Shown here: piece by piece, positions 1-9,689 of the stretch
How the letters are laid out: every line of letters starts with the position of its first letter
How positions within the stretch are numbered: the stretch's first letter is position 1
IMG/VR virus record: IMGVR_UViG_3300006931_000029
Location: 160,955 to 224,954 of that record
Strand: one strand, 5' to 3'
Length of the DNA stretch: 64,000 nt
The notes under the pieces: model-generated
Databases searched by the model: none
What the model saw: the letters and a program-made list of their open reading frames with translations, nothing else
What the model was told of the DNA's origin: nothing
Position numbers and translations under genes: made by a program

Positions 1-2
1 AT

Positions 3-197
3 CTGGCCGTCGAAGTCCGGCACCGGTTGAAAGGTACCGAGATTCAAAAGCGTACTGTTCACGAACGCCGCATCCGCCTTCATCGCCGAGAACGGCGCGA
101 TAGCGGTATTGGACGAGCTGTAGATCAACTGAGCATGGGCAGAACTGGCGCAAAGCGCCAGAACGAGACTAAGCAACTGCAGTGCGTTCTTTTTCAT
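3..197 (-). CDS. Secreted protein, partial (runs off the left end)
   Basis: Not in the ORF track. Reads MKKNALQLLSLVLALCASSAHA/QLIYSSSN..., a Sec signal peptide with an AHA cleavage site, open to the window edge. Confidence 0.7.
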   Translation of the reverse strand, partial: MKKNALQLLSLVLALCASSAHAQLIYSSSNTAIAPFSAMKADAAFVNSTLLNLGTFQPVPDFDGQ

Positions 198-230
198 ATA
201 TGGTGTGATTCCCCGTATCTCTACGGAAAC

Positions 231-1043
231 TTAGAAGGCAGCGATGTCTGCTACCCATGGTGGCGCCATGTTGATCCTGATCTCGGTCAAGTTCACCGAC
301 GCCATGGAGCCGAAATACTTCGGCACGCCATTGACGACGATGAACACAGGTGACCCTGAGTCACCAGCTTGAACGACCACAGGCGCCGTAGATTTGTTGC
401 TCGCGGTGGCGACCCAACCAGCGCCGCTTGCGAAGGCGTACTTCAACAGCGTTTTGCCGGCGATTGGACGCGTGAGACTGCCAAGACCGAATGCGACAAC
501 CTCGCGGCTCACGTACTTGTCGGCAGACTCGAGAGGAGCGATAGCGGCTGGCTTCACTCCGAGAATGTTGCGATCAAGCTGATAGCACTCGAAGTCGTCT
601 TTCGTGAAGATGACCTTGCTGATGATCGCGACCTCGCCGCCGAAGGCGACCTTCAACCCGATGTAAGGAGCGAACGGAGCGTTGTTGTAGTGGTGAGCTG
701 CAGCGATGACGTTCGGACGAACCAAAGCGCAGAGACGAATCTGACCACCCGGATTGATGATGCCGACTGAATCGTAGCTGTTCACCAGCGTGGTTCCACT
801 CGTGATCAGAACCTCGGTTGGGGGTGGCTGAACGTACACGTCTGTCGTGTATGAAGGGAACGTAACCATGACGCCGTCTTTCACCACGGGCGGCGGGAAG
901 ACAGTCACGGTTTGCTTGACCGGGTCTGGAGTGACCAGGACTTTTGTTGACGTACCAGCTGTGGACGTGATACCGAAAAAGCTCGGGTTCAGTCCGCCGT
1001 TTGCAAGCAGTTCGTTAGCAGTTGTTGCGTTTTGAATAATCAT
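231..1043 (-). CDS. Protein with a C-terminal trypsin-like (S1) serine protease domain
   Basis: IAAAHH resembles the TAAH His motif, DDF is a candidate catalytic Asp, and AGDSGSP resembles GDSGGP. Preceded by the GTAGATAG motif. Confidence 0.6.
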   Translation of the reverse strand: MIIQNATTANELLANGGLNPSFFGITSTAGTSTKVLVTPDPVKQTVTVFPPPVVKDGVMVTFPSYTTDVYVQPPPTEVLITSGTTLVNSYDSVGIINPGGQIRLCALVRPNVIAAAHHYNNAPFAPYIGLKVAFGGEVAIISKVIFTKDDFECYQLDRNILGVKPAAIAPLESADKYVSREVVAFGLGSLTRPIAGKTLLKYAFASGAGWVATASNKSTAPVVVQAGDSGSPVFIVVNGVPKYFGSMASVNLTEIRINMAPPWVADIAAF

Positions 1044-1067
1044 GGTTATGGTGGGAGGACCTATCTA

Positions 1068-1955
1068 CTAGGCATTAACCTCCGCCATTTTGCTGCGAAC
1101 CTTGTTAGTCATTTTGCTCCGAAGCTTAATTTGCTTCGACCACAACCAGCATCGAATACGATCAGGAAAATTCACGGCTCTCAGCCAGAACCGGTAGAAA
1201 GGAGTGACATACTTCCATTCGCCGAGTGGGCGAGACGGGAGGTGGTTCAGCTTCTTGATGAGACGAAGCATGCGATCGTCATCACGTTCTCTCGACGAGC
1301 ACAAGTTAGCCGCACAGAGTTCTGCGCCGTGCGCAAGCGACAACAACCAAAGGTGTTCGTATCCTGCGGGGCTGAGAATGTGGTCGATTGACCGCTCGCT
1401 CAAACAACCACTCATCTTCAAGATGGTTTGCTTGAGTGGGAACTTACGCGAAGAGAATAGGTCAGTGCCGATGATAGTCATGCGCGGTGCATCGGGTTTC
1501 TGCCATGCGTCCAACGTCTGCTCTGAGCAGCGGATCAGGACGTCGAGAGCCTCGAGAGAGGAGAAACCGACCACCGAATTGTTTGTGAGGAGACCAGAAC
1601 TCCAGTCGTTCATCTTGAAGACTTCGCGGGCACAGGCTGCACGGTTTGCCTTAGGCACAGGCAGCTTGAAGTCCTGACGATTCCAAACCAGCACGTCGGA
1701 GTCGACCCAGTAGACCGCCTCGTAGAGTCCGGTCTTGAGGTGTGACCGAACAAGCTGAAGACGACAGATGTCCGAGCGGGTAACCTTGGTGAAAGGAGCG
1801 CGGCAGTATTGCTTCGCGAAGTCGAACAGTTCGTCACCGACGTAGAGGTACTTGTAACCGCGGATGAACGCCCACGTCTTCACGCTGCTCATGCACGCTT
1901 GAACCCAAGCTGCAGGGTTCGGACGGCTCGACTGGAGGACAAGGATTGGCTTCAT
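1068..1955 (-). CDS. Putative GT-A fold glycosyltransferase (GT34-like)
   Basis: WAFIRGYKY, SDICRLQL and YWVDSDVLV (DxD motif). Confidence 0.55.
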   Translation of the reverse strand: MKPILVLQSSRPNPAAWVQACMSSVKTWAFIRGYKYLYVGDELFDFAKQYCRAPFTKVTRSDICRLQLVRSHLKTGLYEAVYWVDSDVLVWNRQDFKLPVPKANRAACAREVFKMNDWSSGLLTNNSVVGFSSLEALDVLIRCSEQTLDAWQKPDAPRMTIIGTDLFSSRKFPLKQTILKMSGCLSERSIDHILSPAGYEHLWLLSLAHGAELCAANLCSSRERDDDRMLRLIKKLNHLPSRPLGEWKYVTPFYRFWLRAVNFPDRIRCWLWSKQIKLRSKMTNKVRSKMAEVNA

Positions 1956-1958
1956 GGG

Positions 1959-2219
1959 TTAATCTCGGTTGAGTGCTGAAAGCATCATCTTTTTCGCTTC
2001 TTCGAACTTGAGCTTACCAGCTTCCGTCTCACCCTTCTCGACCAGTTTAACGGCTTCGAGATGGACGCGAATGGCGAGAAGCGCTTTGTCGGCTCCCATC
2101 TCGTTCGCGATGATCGCAGCAGCGATGTCCCGGTCTTGGGGCGTCCAAGACGTCGAGTGCCCGAGTCGCACCAAGATGCGATCTGCAGACTTTACGGCTC
2201 TAGTTGGTAGAATGGCCAT
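1959..2219 (-). CDS. Hypothetical protein
   Basis: Helical 86-aa ORF tiling the minus-strand gene array. Confidence 0.6.
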   Translation of the reverse strand: MAILPTRAVKSADRILVRLGHSTSWTPQDRDIAAAIIANEMGADKALLAIRVHLEAVKLVEKGETEAGKLKFEEAKKMMLSALNRD

Positions 2220-2379
2220 TGTTTTGTCCGTGTCGCATTAGCGCGGACGATTGACACCTGTTGTAGACTTTCGATCCATGCGAAATATCACAATGTCAAA
2301 AAACGATAAAGTAAACATCAAAATGTAAACAATTTTCGTTAAGAACTCGCTTCAGTTCATGCCGCTGACTGGTGCAACT

Positions 2380-2988
2380 TCAGCCGAAAGCCGATTGGGC
2401 CGCTGGTTTCTTGCCATGAAGCATAGCACGAAGGTCTACAATCCGCTCCTTGTGACGTTTTATTTTCGTGTGACACTCCGACTCTGCCGTCGCATACATG
2501 TCCATTTGTACCTCTCGCATCCACACGCGAAGGTCGTCGTTTTTGTAGACGAACTCGAGACGCGTAAAAGCTGGATTGTGAGGCTGTAGTTCGGCTCGTT
2601 CGACGTAGAGGTTGGTGAACCGACTCGGGATGCTGATGTCCACTGTCACGCGCTTGTTCTCTTCCTCTTCGCAGTCAGCGAGAATGATGCTGTAAGTCGC
2701 CGTGATGACGCGAGGTGAACTGAAGTCGATTGAGTTTTTGTCCTGCTTCTCGTGATGACCAAGACGAACTTTTTCGAGACTGATCGGTCCGCTCCCTCGG
2801 CTGTACGCGAACGCCAATCCCCTCGGCATTACAAACAGCCATCCATCTTCAATCGCCTTACGAATGGCGTAGTCAAGGTTCGTGCCACGAAATTTCTTGT
2901 TCAGAGTTTCGGCGGCGAGAAGCGTTTGGGCGAAAGCACCTGGCGCTGATTTGAAGACGATGGGTCTGGCTTTGGGTTTCTTGCTCAT
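2380..2988 (-). CDS. Hypothetical protein
   Basis: 202-aa ORF with ATG start, tiling the array. Confidence 0.7.
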   Translation of the reverse strand: MSKKPKARPIVFKSAPGAFAQTLLAAETLNKKFRGTNLDYAIRKAIEDGWLFVMPRGLAFAYSRGSGPISLEKVRLGHHEKQDKNSIDFSSPRVITATYSIILADCEEEENKRVTVDISIPSRFTNLYVERAELQPHNPAFTRLEFVYKNDDLRVWMREVQMDMYATAESECHTKIKRHKERIVDLRAMLHGKKPAAQSAFG

Positions 2989-3312
2989 AGTGGTTTAGGC
3001 GACGATGTTAGTCTCCGTTTGCGTCGAAGGAAAGTTCAAGGATTCTGCCGCACCAACGGCACGCGTACCAGACGCTGCCTTTGTGACGCAGCCAAATCAG
3101 CCGGTTGATTCGACGAGAAAGGACGCGGCGTTTCGCAGTGGTTCTGACAGTGGTTTCTACTACCACGAACCTGGTAGGGCGATGATCAAGCTCGTAGTCG
3201 GGATGTTGTTTGACTCGGTTACGAATCGTGGAAACATTCGAACGAACGTCAACCAAGAGCTGCTTGATTGCAAGAAGGAGGCGGCGGTTGTTAAGATCGT
3301 GCTTGTGGTCGC

Positions 3313-3735
3313 TCATGCTAGTTTCCTCGGGTATTTGGCCAGCATTGCAGGCATGAGTTTGATATTAGCCGATGAATTGGCCGGATCATGCCACGCCATG
3401 AACTCTCGCACCTCCATGCAGTCGATGTCTGTTCGACCTTCAACTGACGCACGCGCGGCGATGACGTCCGGGCTGGATTCCGGGTAAGCGTCCACTCGTT
3501 TTGGTGCAAGAAATTTGTTGGCCATCGTGAGACCGCCGAGACAGAGCTTAGCGTTCTTGGCCGCCTTCTCTTCCCAGTCCGGCTTGCGATAGTCGATCTT
3601 CGTGTGACAGAAAAATGGGAAGTTGCGCCACAGATTCTCCAAGACCGTCTGCGGCGTGTAGTCGCCAAGATAGGATGGCAATGCCGTGTGACGGAACGGA
3701 CACGCCGGACACTGGACTTTGCAGGGCTTATTCAT
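3313..3735 (-). CDS. DUF6283-like Cys-rich protein
   Basis: PCxxxCPACPFR...FFCH...LCLG pattern. Confidence 0.55.
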   Translation of the reverse strand: MNKPCKVQCPACPFRHTALPSYLGDYTPQTVLENLWRNFPFFCHTKIDYRKPDWEEKAAKNAKLCLGGLTMANKFLAPKRVDAYPESSPDVIAARASVEGRTDIDCMEVREFMAWHDPANSSANIKLMPAMLAKYPRKLA

Positions 3736-4097
3736 CCGCGGCTGAGAATGAACGTCAGCTCGGCAATGTGACGTTCGGTCGATTCGGCGATACAGATTGC
3801 TTGGAATCGCGTGATGTCGGATTTTGTCTTGTCGTTTCCGGCTTCGCGCATGAGCTTAGCGAACGCGCGTTGACTCTCCAGGTACTCTGCCATTTTGGTG
3901 TCCATGGTTAGGCTCGGCGTTCTAAAATTTTCTTCAGTGCTGTGACTCGAACGTTATTGCTAAAGACCTGCCGATCGTCCCACTTCCTGTCCCATCGAGC
4001 CCATCCACTGCCCAAAAGCACCACGCTTTCTTCAAGTTCACGGCGATTGCGCTTCGAAACGGTCCGTTGGACCAGTTGAAAGATAGGTTTGACCGTG

Positions 4098-4358
4098 TCA
4101 CCCATCGACCTGAATCCTAGTGCCTTGAGTAGGTCTTTCAGCTGTTCCGTCACAGATAGCGACGATGCGTCTTGAATCCACGACGGTGCAACGGGCTTGG
4201 ACGGTTTTGATTTGGCGCTTCGGTATGTCATAGTGAGGATATTTGCCTGCGTGGTACCAGCAACGCTTGATGCTAAGCTGTTCGGCCATCTTGTGCAGAT
4301 TCTCGACCGAGTATGGCACGCAGACGAGGTGACGCTGGTTGTCACAGTAGAAGGTCAC
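4098..4358 (-). CDS. DUF4031 family protein
   Basis: YCD...HLV...ENLHKMAEQLSIKRCWYH...PHYDI. Confidence 0.7.
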   Translation of the reverse strand: MTFYCDNQRHLVCVPYSVENLHKMAEQLSIKRCWYHAGKYPHYDIPKRQIKTVQARCTVVDSRRIVAICDGTAERPTQGTRIQVDG

Positions 4359-4696
4359 CGATAGAGCGGGTACTTCACGAGCGCAGCACGTTCTAACAGC
4401 TCAAGCTCGTAGGATCGTTCCCACGTTTGGCCGTCGGTCGGATGCTGGCGAATGCGGGCTTCCTCGACGGCCATGTAGCGAACCTTGTAACGCCAGATGC
4501 CGAAGACCGGATCGTAGAAACCGCCGGTCACGATACCAACTTGGCCGCTGAGCTTGTTGCGAACGGCGTCACCTTGGTTGTAGAACGGGTCGACGCCGAC
4601 AGGGATGGTGGCAATCTGCGGAGACCGGATGGCCGGTTGAACGACGCAGCCGGTGAAAGATACCGACAGGAGAAGGAGTGGAAGCAGGAATTTCAT
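4355..4696 (-). CDS. Putative lipoprotein
   Basis: MKFLLPLLLLSVSFTG-C lipobox. Confidence 0.6.
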   Translation of the reverse strand: MKFLLPLLLLSVSFTGCVVQPAIRSPQIATIPVGVDPFYNQGDAVRNKLSGQVGIVTGGFYDPVFGIWRYKVRYMAVEEARIRQHPTDGQTWERSYELELLERAALVKYPLYR

Positions 4697-5659
4697 GGTT
4701 TAGATTTTTGTGTAGCTGATGTCGTCGGTGGCCGACAAATGTTTCAGCTTGAGTTCGGCTTCGTTGACGTCGGTGACCTTTCGTTTCTCTCCGCCGACGC
4801 TGGTGATCTCGTAGGTTTCACCGCCGAGGCGGTAGCTGTTTGCCATCCTCAAGATTGTGTCTCGCATCGTATTGGCGAGATGCGTGGCATGAGGAAGAAT
4901 TTCGGCTTCGATCTGACGCTTGAGCTCCATGGCGGTGCCCCGCTTGCCGTCGTGGTTATTCTTTGGACCGACGTCGGTGAGGCACAGGTAAGCGTTCATG
5001 AACGGATCAGTGTGTGCCGTCCCACAAACCATAACCGTCGCCCAGGTGCGGATGATCGTCTCACGAATTTTCGGCTCAAGCATCTCTCGTGAGATGTTGA
5101 CGATCTGTTCGTCGGTGAGCTCGTAGACGTTATCGTGGGCTCGACTGATCTCAGCCAGTGCCGTCTGAAGGATGAAATTGGCCTGAATGCTGGAGAAGTT
5201 AAGGTCTTTGCTACCGACGATTTGCTGTGCAATTTCGGCGACGTTGCGCCATTGAGATGGAATGCTCATGATTCTTTCTGCATCGAAGCCTTCTTGCGAG
5301 CGAGGAGGATGTCTAGCTTTGTGAAGTGTTTCTTTGTGCGTGGCTTGGCGTTTTGAAGACGTTTGACTGCCCGTTCTGTGCGAGCGGCGTTGAGTTTTTG
5401 GCCAGCGTATTTCATTTGTCGGCCTTTTTGGCCAGTTCAAGCTTTAAGAGGGCAACGTCACGCTCTAGCTGCGCGATGCGTTCAAGGTCGCTGAGAGTCG
5501 ACTTCGACGCTTGATGACGAGCTTCTATCGCTTTAATTTCGGCGATGAAGTCAATGTCGGACTGGCTGACTCTGCCGTAGCTGCGCCAAATGTTAGGATC
5601 GAATGCTATCACGAGTGCGAATACGACGAGAGGCAGAAACACGACTAATGATTTAGCTT

Positions 5660-6004
5660 TCATGCGATGGCAGCGTTGACTTGGTTCGCCCACTCTTTTT
5701 GCTGAGCGTCGAGTTGAATTCGAACACGAGCAGCCGACTCAGTCTCGGGCTTCGGATAACCGAGGCTCCATGCGAGTTCGAGCGGCGTGGTATTCTTGAG
5801 AAGGACGAGCATCTCGGTAACCGTCAGGCGGGCGAAGACGAACTTCACCCAAGATTTGGCTTTCGCCATCGGCGCACGGTACTTGAAACGAGCGATCGCC
5901 TCACGAGGTTCGTCGATGATGACGTAAACTTCAGATCGACCGGAAACCATTCCGACTCGGTTACCGTCCACGAAGATGAGATTGGCTGCGATGGTGACTT
6001 TCAT
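5660..6004 (-). CDS. Hypothetical protein
   Basis: 114-aa ORF downstream of an early-promoter cassette. Confidence 0.65.
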   Translation of the reverse strand: MKVTIAANLIFVDGNRVGMVSGRSEVYVIIDEPREAIARFKYRAPMAKAKSWVKFVFARLTVTEMLVLLKNTTPLELAWSLGYPKPETESAARVRIQLDAQQKEWANQVNAAIA

Positions 6005-6010
6005 GGTCGT

Positions 6011-6214
6011 TTAGCCAACCATCATGAAGCCCGTGCCGAGAATCTCGTTGACTCCCTTTCCACCGGGGCAGATAAAGACTGCCGTCCAACGATCCTCGAT
6101 CGTCTTGCAAACCAGATGACGAACCGAGAGGTTCGTGAACTTCGCCAGCGCCGTGGTCAGATTCGCTTCGGTCGCATAGCTCTTAACGTTTTTGGAGGAG
6201 ATTTGGGTTGCCAT
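6011..6214 (-). CDS. Small hypothetical protein (likely leaderless start MATQISS)
   Basis: ATG at 6214 lies 6 nt after the -10 hexamer of the promoter at 6221-6249. Confidence 0.65.
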   Translation of the reverse strand: MATQISSKNVKSYATEANLTTALAKFTNLSVRHLVCKTIEDRWTAVFICPGGKGVNEILGTGFMMVG

Positions 6215-6220
6215 GAACCC

Positions 6221-6258
6221 ATACAACCCACTTTATCTGAAAATGTAAACAAAAAAGT
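6221..6258 (-). promoter_or_regulatory. Sigma70-like early promoter cassette
   Basis: T-tract-GTTTACA-N17-TTGTAT-N6-ATG. Near-identical copies at 45228-45266 and 58594-58632. Confidence 0.75.
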
Positions 6259-6288
6259 ATAACAAAAGTGAGTCTAGTTTTTTACAAT

Positions 6289-7614
6289 TCAACTGATCCT
6301 GGTGACCTTCAAGAAAGACCCAACCAAGACGTTGCCCGTGCCACTGGTTGCCTTCTTCGCGGTGAGAAACAGGTTGCACGCCGAATTGGGTGCCGTGATC
6401 AGACCACCAAACGTCACAACACCGTTCCCGACTTGTCTGATCATCGCTGTGGATTGGAAACCTTGGGCAGTGATCTGATCAACGACCCGCAGAGCATTCG
6501 CACCCAGCGTGGCCTGTGTGCCTTCCATCCATCCGTTAATGGTAGCGCCAGCGACGCTGCATTGAATACCGAACTGAGCACCTGCCGTCGACGATGATTG
6601 AGCTCCGATAAAACCGTTGAACTCGTAGACCCCGTTAGCGACTAGGGCAACGGTCGAGTCGGTGATCGTCGTGTTGACGGTGGTGTAGGCAGCAACTACG
6701 TCTACCGTTCCCCAGATGCTCGTCGCGCCTTGAAAACCCTGTGGTCCCTGAGCTCCGGTCGTTCCTTGACTGCCCGTAGTTCCGGTCGTCCCTTGGAATC
6801 CTTGCGAACCTTGAGTTCCAGTTCCTCCTTGCAAACCCTGGAATCCTTGAGCACCAGTGCCCGTCGCACCTTGGAATCCCTGGAAACCCTGGTTGCCCGT
6901 CGTGCCTGTCGCACCTTGAACTCCTTGAGAACCGGTCGAACCTCCTACTCCTTGGAATCCTTGAAAGCCCTGACTTCCTGTCGAACCTGTGGCGCCTTGC
7001 AATCCCTGTGATCCGACGCCGGTTGCACCTTGGAAACCTTGACTGCCTTGCGAACCGGTCGTGCCGGTTACGCCTTGAAAACCTTGGCGACCCTGAAATC
7101 CCTGAAAGCCTTGAGCTCCGACGTCGCCTTGAGAACCCGCGCTTCCCTGCAAACCCTGATTGCCCTGCGCCCCGGTGTTTCCAACAACGCCCTGCGATCC
7201 TTGAGAACCGACGGCTCCTTGGGCACCTGTCGCGCCCTGAGAACCTGTCGAACCACCTACTCCTTGGAAACCCTGAGCTCCGACACCAGTCAAACCTTGA
7301 AAGCCTTGGAAACCCTGGTTTCCTTGTGAACCAATCGATCCTTGAACTCCTTGTGAACCGGTCGCTCCTTGCGACCCGACTGCGCCTTGTACGCCCTGAC
7401 TGCCAGTTACGCCTTGAAAACCCTGGTTGCCTACGGCGCCTTGGAAACCCTGCAGCCCACTGGAATACGGCAGAGAATTCCAGCGCGTAACTCCGTCACC
7501 TAGCTTCCACTTGCCGGTGTCAACCTCAACGCCGAGTTCACGTTCAGCGAGAAGAGGATTGATGGCGGTGGCAAGTGCTGCCAACCCGCCACGTTGCTGC
7601 ATCTGCTGGGCCAT
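6289..7614 (-). CDS. Collagen-like fibre protein with an Mtd_N/hyaluronidase-like N-terminus and a C-terminal beta-sandwich
   Basis: LAERELGVEVDTGKWKLGDGVTRWNSLPY N-terminal domain, then about 80 Gly-X-Y triplets (GFQ, GSQ, GAT, GVQ). Confidence 0.85.
   Translation of the reverse strand: MAQQMQQRGGLAALATAINPLLAERELGVEVDTGKWKLGDGVTRWNSLPYSSGLQGFQGAVGNQGFQGVTGSQGVQGAVGSQGATGSQGVQGSIGSQGNQGFQGFQGLTGVGAQGFQGVGGSTGSQGATGAQGAVGSQGSQGVVGNTGAQGNQGLQGSAGSQGDVGAQGFQGFQGRQGFQGVTGTTGSQGSQGFQGATGVGSQGLQGATGSTGSQGFQGFQGVGGSTGSQGVQGATGTTGNQGFQGFQGATGTGAQGFQGLQGGTGTQGSQGFQGTTGTTGSQGTTGAQGPQGFQGATSIWGTVDVVAAYTTVNTTITDSTVALVANGVYEFNGFIGAQSSSTAGAQFGIQCSVAGATINGWMEGTQATLGANALRVVDQITAQGFQSTAMIRQVGNGVVTFGGLITAPNSACNLFLTAKKATSGTGNVLVGSFLKVTRIS
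6725..7460 (-). repeat. 9-bp periodic collagen-coding repeat
   Basis: Recurring ccttg/ccctg/gaaacc units on the plus strand that encode G-X-Q triplets. Confidence 0.85.
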
Positions 7615-7848
7615 TTAGAATGATCCGCCATCGATGGGTGTTGTTCCGCCGTAGTTCGTGTCCCACGTCCCGCCATCAATGTTGCCCATGGACGAGGCTT
7701 GAGCTCCTTGAGAGCCTTGAACACCTTGCGGTCCTGCCACTCCTTGAGGACCCTGCGGTCCAGAAGGAATGCCCGTAAGCGTATCGCCCGGCTGAAGGAG
7801 CTCGAGGTCACCCTGCGGGGTGAGTACGAGTGGTCTCCTCTCGGACAC
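7615..7848 (-). CDS. Small collagen-like protein
   Basis: GPQGPQGVAGPQGVQGSQGAQ with IDGG repeats. The N-terminal RRPLVL...GDLELLQPGD is shared with the neighbouring gene. Confidence 0.75.
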   Translation of the reverse strand: MSERRPLVLTPQGDLELLQPGDTLTGIPSGPQGPQGVAGPQGVQGSQGAQASSMGNIDGGTWDTNYGGTTPIDGGSF

Positions 7849-7851
7849 GCG

Positions 7852-8322
7852 TTACAGTTTGATGCTGCGGTAAGGCGCAGACAGACGTAGGTCCGTCGGC
7901 GACATTGCTTGGCCCAGCTCCACGACGAACGCACCATCGGCCGTCGGAGCTTGGTCACTGGCTTCACCAGCAACAGTATCGGAGAGGAAGTAACGAACGC
8001 CTTCGGTCAAACCGCCGGAGGTACCGAACGCCGCATCCCACGCCGCCGTCGAGGCGGTATGAACTCCGCTCAGCAACACGTCGCCGATCGCGCCTGGAGC
8101 AATGGTACCGTTGAACACAAGTCCAATGACGTCCTTCGTCGCCAGCGCGTTGGCTCGTGCCTTCTTGATGGTGCCATCGCCGTCGTTGTAGACGGGAGTG
8201 CAGATGGCTAGTGAGCCGACTTCGTTGTTAGTCTGACGCGCTGCGTCGTAAGACTTGGTGTAATCACCAGCTTGGAGCTGCTGAAGTTCACCGTTGACGA
8301 GAACAAGTGGTTTGCGAATCAT
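7852..8322 (-). CDS. Putative virion decoration/fibre-base protein
   Basis: RKPLVLVNGELQQLQAGD, ARANA..KDVIGLV, GLTEGVRYFLS, VVELGQAMSPT: a capsid-cement-like beta domain. Confidence 0.6.
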   Translation of the reverse strand: MIRKPLVLVNGELQQLQAGDYTKSYDAARQTNNEVGSLAICTPVYNDGDGTIKKARANALATKDVIGLVFNGTIAPGAIGDVLLSGVHTASTAAWDAAFGTSGGLTEGVRYFLSDTVAGEASDQAPTADGAFVVELGQAMSPTDLRLSAPYRSIKL

Positions 8323-8328
8323 TGGAAG

Positions 8329-8805
8329 TTAGAGGAGGATTGGATTGGCGAGAGTAATAAATACCTGCGTTGGTGTGACGACGCTTCCGATCAGCTGATT
8401 CCAACCAGTCGTCGGTGGGATAGTGGAAGGCCACTTGCCATTGGCCCACAATTTTTGGCGTGCTGTCCACTTCCACGCCGGATTTTCGCACACGCCGTAG
8501 AAGCATACGACAACGCTCATGCCGGGCCACGCTTCGTCAAGAGCAACGCCGGCCAAAAGATTCATGTTGTCGAGGTCGCTGCTGTCGCATCGATAACCGT
8601 CTGTCGTCACCAACGAATACGCCTCGATGTGGGCATTCGCCGTCATAGTGAGAAGACCGGCATTAACCGTTGACCCGACGTCGCCCGGTATACCTCCTCC
8701 ACTGCCGTCAAGTCCTCTGGCGCCTTGTGGTCCTTGAGGACCAGGCGTACCTCGAGCGTCGAGGCCTCTTTCAATTCCAGGAAACGGTATTTGGACTACT
8801 TGCAC
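8329..8805 (-). CDS. Virion protein with a short collagen segment and a decoration-type domain
   Basis: GTPGPQGPQGARG, LAGVAL, NPAWKW, QLIGSVVTPT. First gene after the GTAGGTAG motif. Confidence 0.6.
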   Translation of the reverse strand: MQVVQIPFPGIERGLDARGTPGPQGPQGARGLDGSGGGIPGDVGSTVNAGLLTMTANAHIEAYSLVTTDGYRCDSSDLDNMNLLAGVALDEAWPGMSVVVCFYGVCENPAWKWTARQKLWANGKWPSTIPPTTGWNQLIGSVVTPTQVFITLANPILL

Positions 8806-8825
8806 TCACTACCTACCGGCTAAAA

Positions 8826-9146
8826 TCAAGCCGTAACTTCTCGGTCAGAGACTGGAGCAGCAGGTATTAAGTTACCTGTTACAGTAGGTTCTTTCGTACC
8901 TATCGGGACTGTGACTGCTGGGGTAGTTGACTTCAGAGCGTTCATCAGAAACACGGTGAGCACGATCAACGCTTGCGTGTTGTCGATGACCAAGATTTCA
9001 CCCTTCTTGACACAGTTGACAGTCCAGACTCCGAGGATGTCGATGATGATCAACGCGCCAACCCATTGGCCCCATTTCGATGTATCGCCGAGACGAGATT
9101 TGATCGCGTCGTAGAATGACTGTAGGAAGTTCATCATGGTCATCAT
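8826..9146 (-). CDS. Membrane protein with two TM segments (holin-like)
   Basis: Two hydrophobic segments and multiple N-terminal Met codons. Confidence 0.45.
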   Translation of the reverse strand: MMTMMNFLQSFYDAIKSRLGDTSKWGQWVGALIIIDILGVWTVNCVKKGEILVIDNTQALIVLTVFLMNALKSTTPAVTVPIGTKEPTVTGNLIPAAPVSDREVTA

Positions 9147-9154
9147 TTATGCAT

Positions 9155-9187
9155 AAAAACAGGGCGACCCGTTTCCGAGTCGCCCTG
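9155..9187 (-). terminator. Rho-independent terminator
   Basis: CAGGGCGACTCG-GAAA-CGGGTCGCCCTG-TTTTT on the minus strand, just after the stop at 9205. Confidence 0.85.
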
Positions 9188-9204
9188 GTTCAAAAACGAT
9201 CTGG

Positions 9205-9687
9205 TTAGACCGTCGGCGCGTCCGGAACGACCGGAGTAGCCGGAGCATCCGGCACCACGTCGGCCAGCGCTTGCGCAGAGGCCGACAGAGAGTTCAACGA
9301 GGAAAGGAATGCCTCGTCCGTGACGTTCGGGTCTTGAGCGTCGGCGATCAACTGGTCGATCTGCGCCTGCATGGCGGTGACCTTCGCGTTGATCTCTCCG
9401 AGAGCTTCTGCGTTCTTGGCTGCGGCTGCAGCAATGGCTGTTTTGATTTCGCTGAGTTTCATATTGATTTCTTGGATTTCCTGACGTAGTGAATTCAGGT
9501 CGTCTTTGGTTGGTGCATTCAGCAAGTGGGACCTGAACCACTCGAGAATGAAAAAGAGAGCGCCATCGCCCGTGGTAGGCAATGACACTGCGGGTCCTGG
9601 CGGACCTTGTTCTCCGCGCTCTCCTGGTTGACCCTGCGGTCCTGTGTCGCCTTTTGGTCCTGGCGGACCTGGATGGTGATCGTGCAT
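9205..9687 (-). CDS. Collagen plus coiled-coil protein
   Basis: MHDHHPGPPGPKGDTGPQGQPGERGEQGPPGP followed by a heptad helix. ATG at 9687 lies 2 nt after the upstream stop. Confidence 0.65.
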   Translation of the reverse strand: MHDHHPGPPGPKGDTGPQGQPGERGEQGPPGPAVSLPTTGDGALFFILEWFRSHLLNAPTKDDLNSLRQEIQEINMKLSEIKTAIAAAAAKNAEALGEINAKVTAMQAQIDQLIADAQDPNVTDEAFLSSLNSLSASAQALADVVPDAPATPVVPDAPTV

Positions 9688-9689
9688 GG

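Noticed and set aside
6289-7614. Diversity-generating retroelement target (Mtd-like N-terminus)
   Set aside because: No reverse transcriptase and no TR/VR repeat pair in the window. The C-terminus is not enriched in AAY codons.
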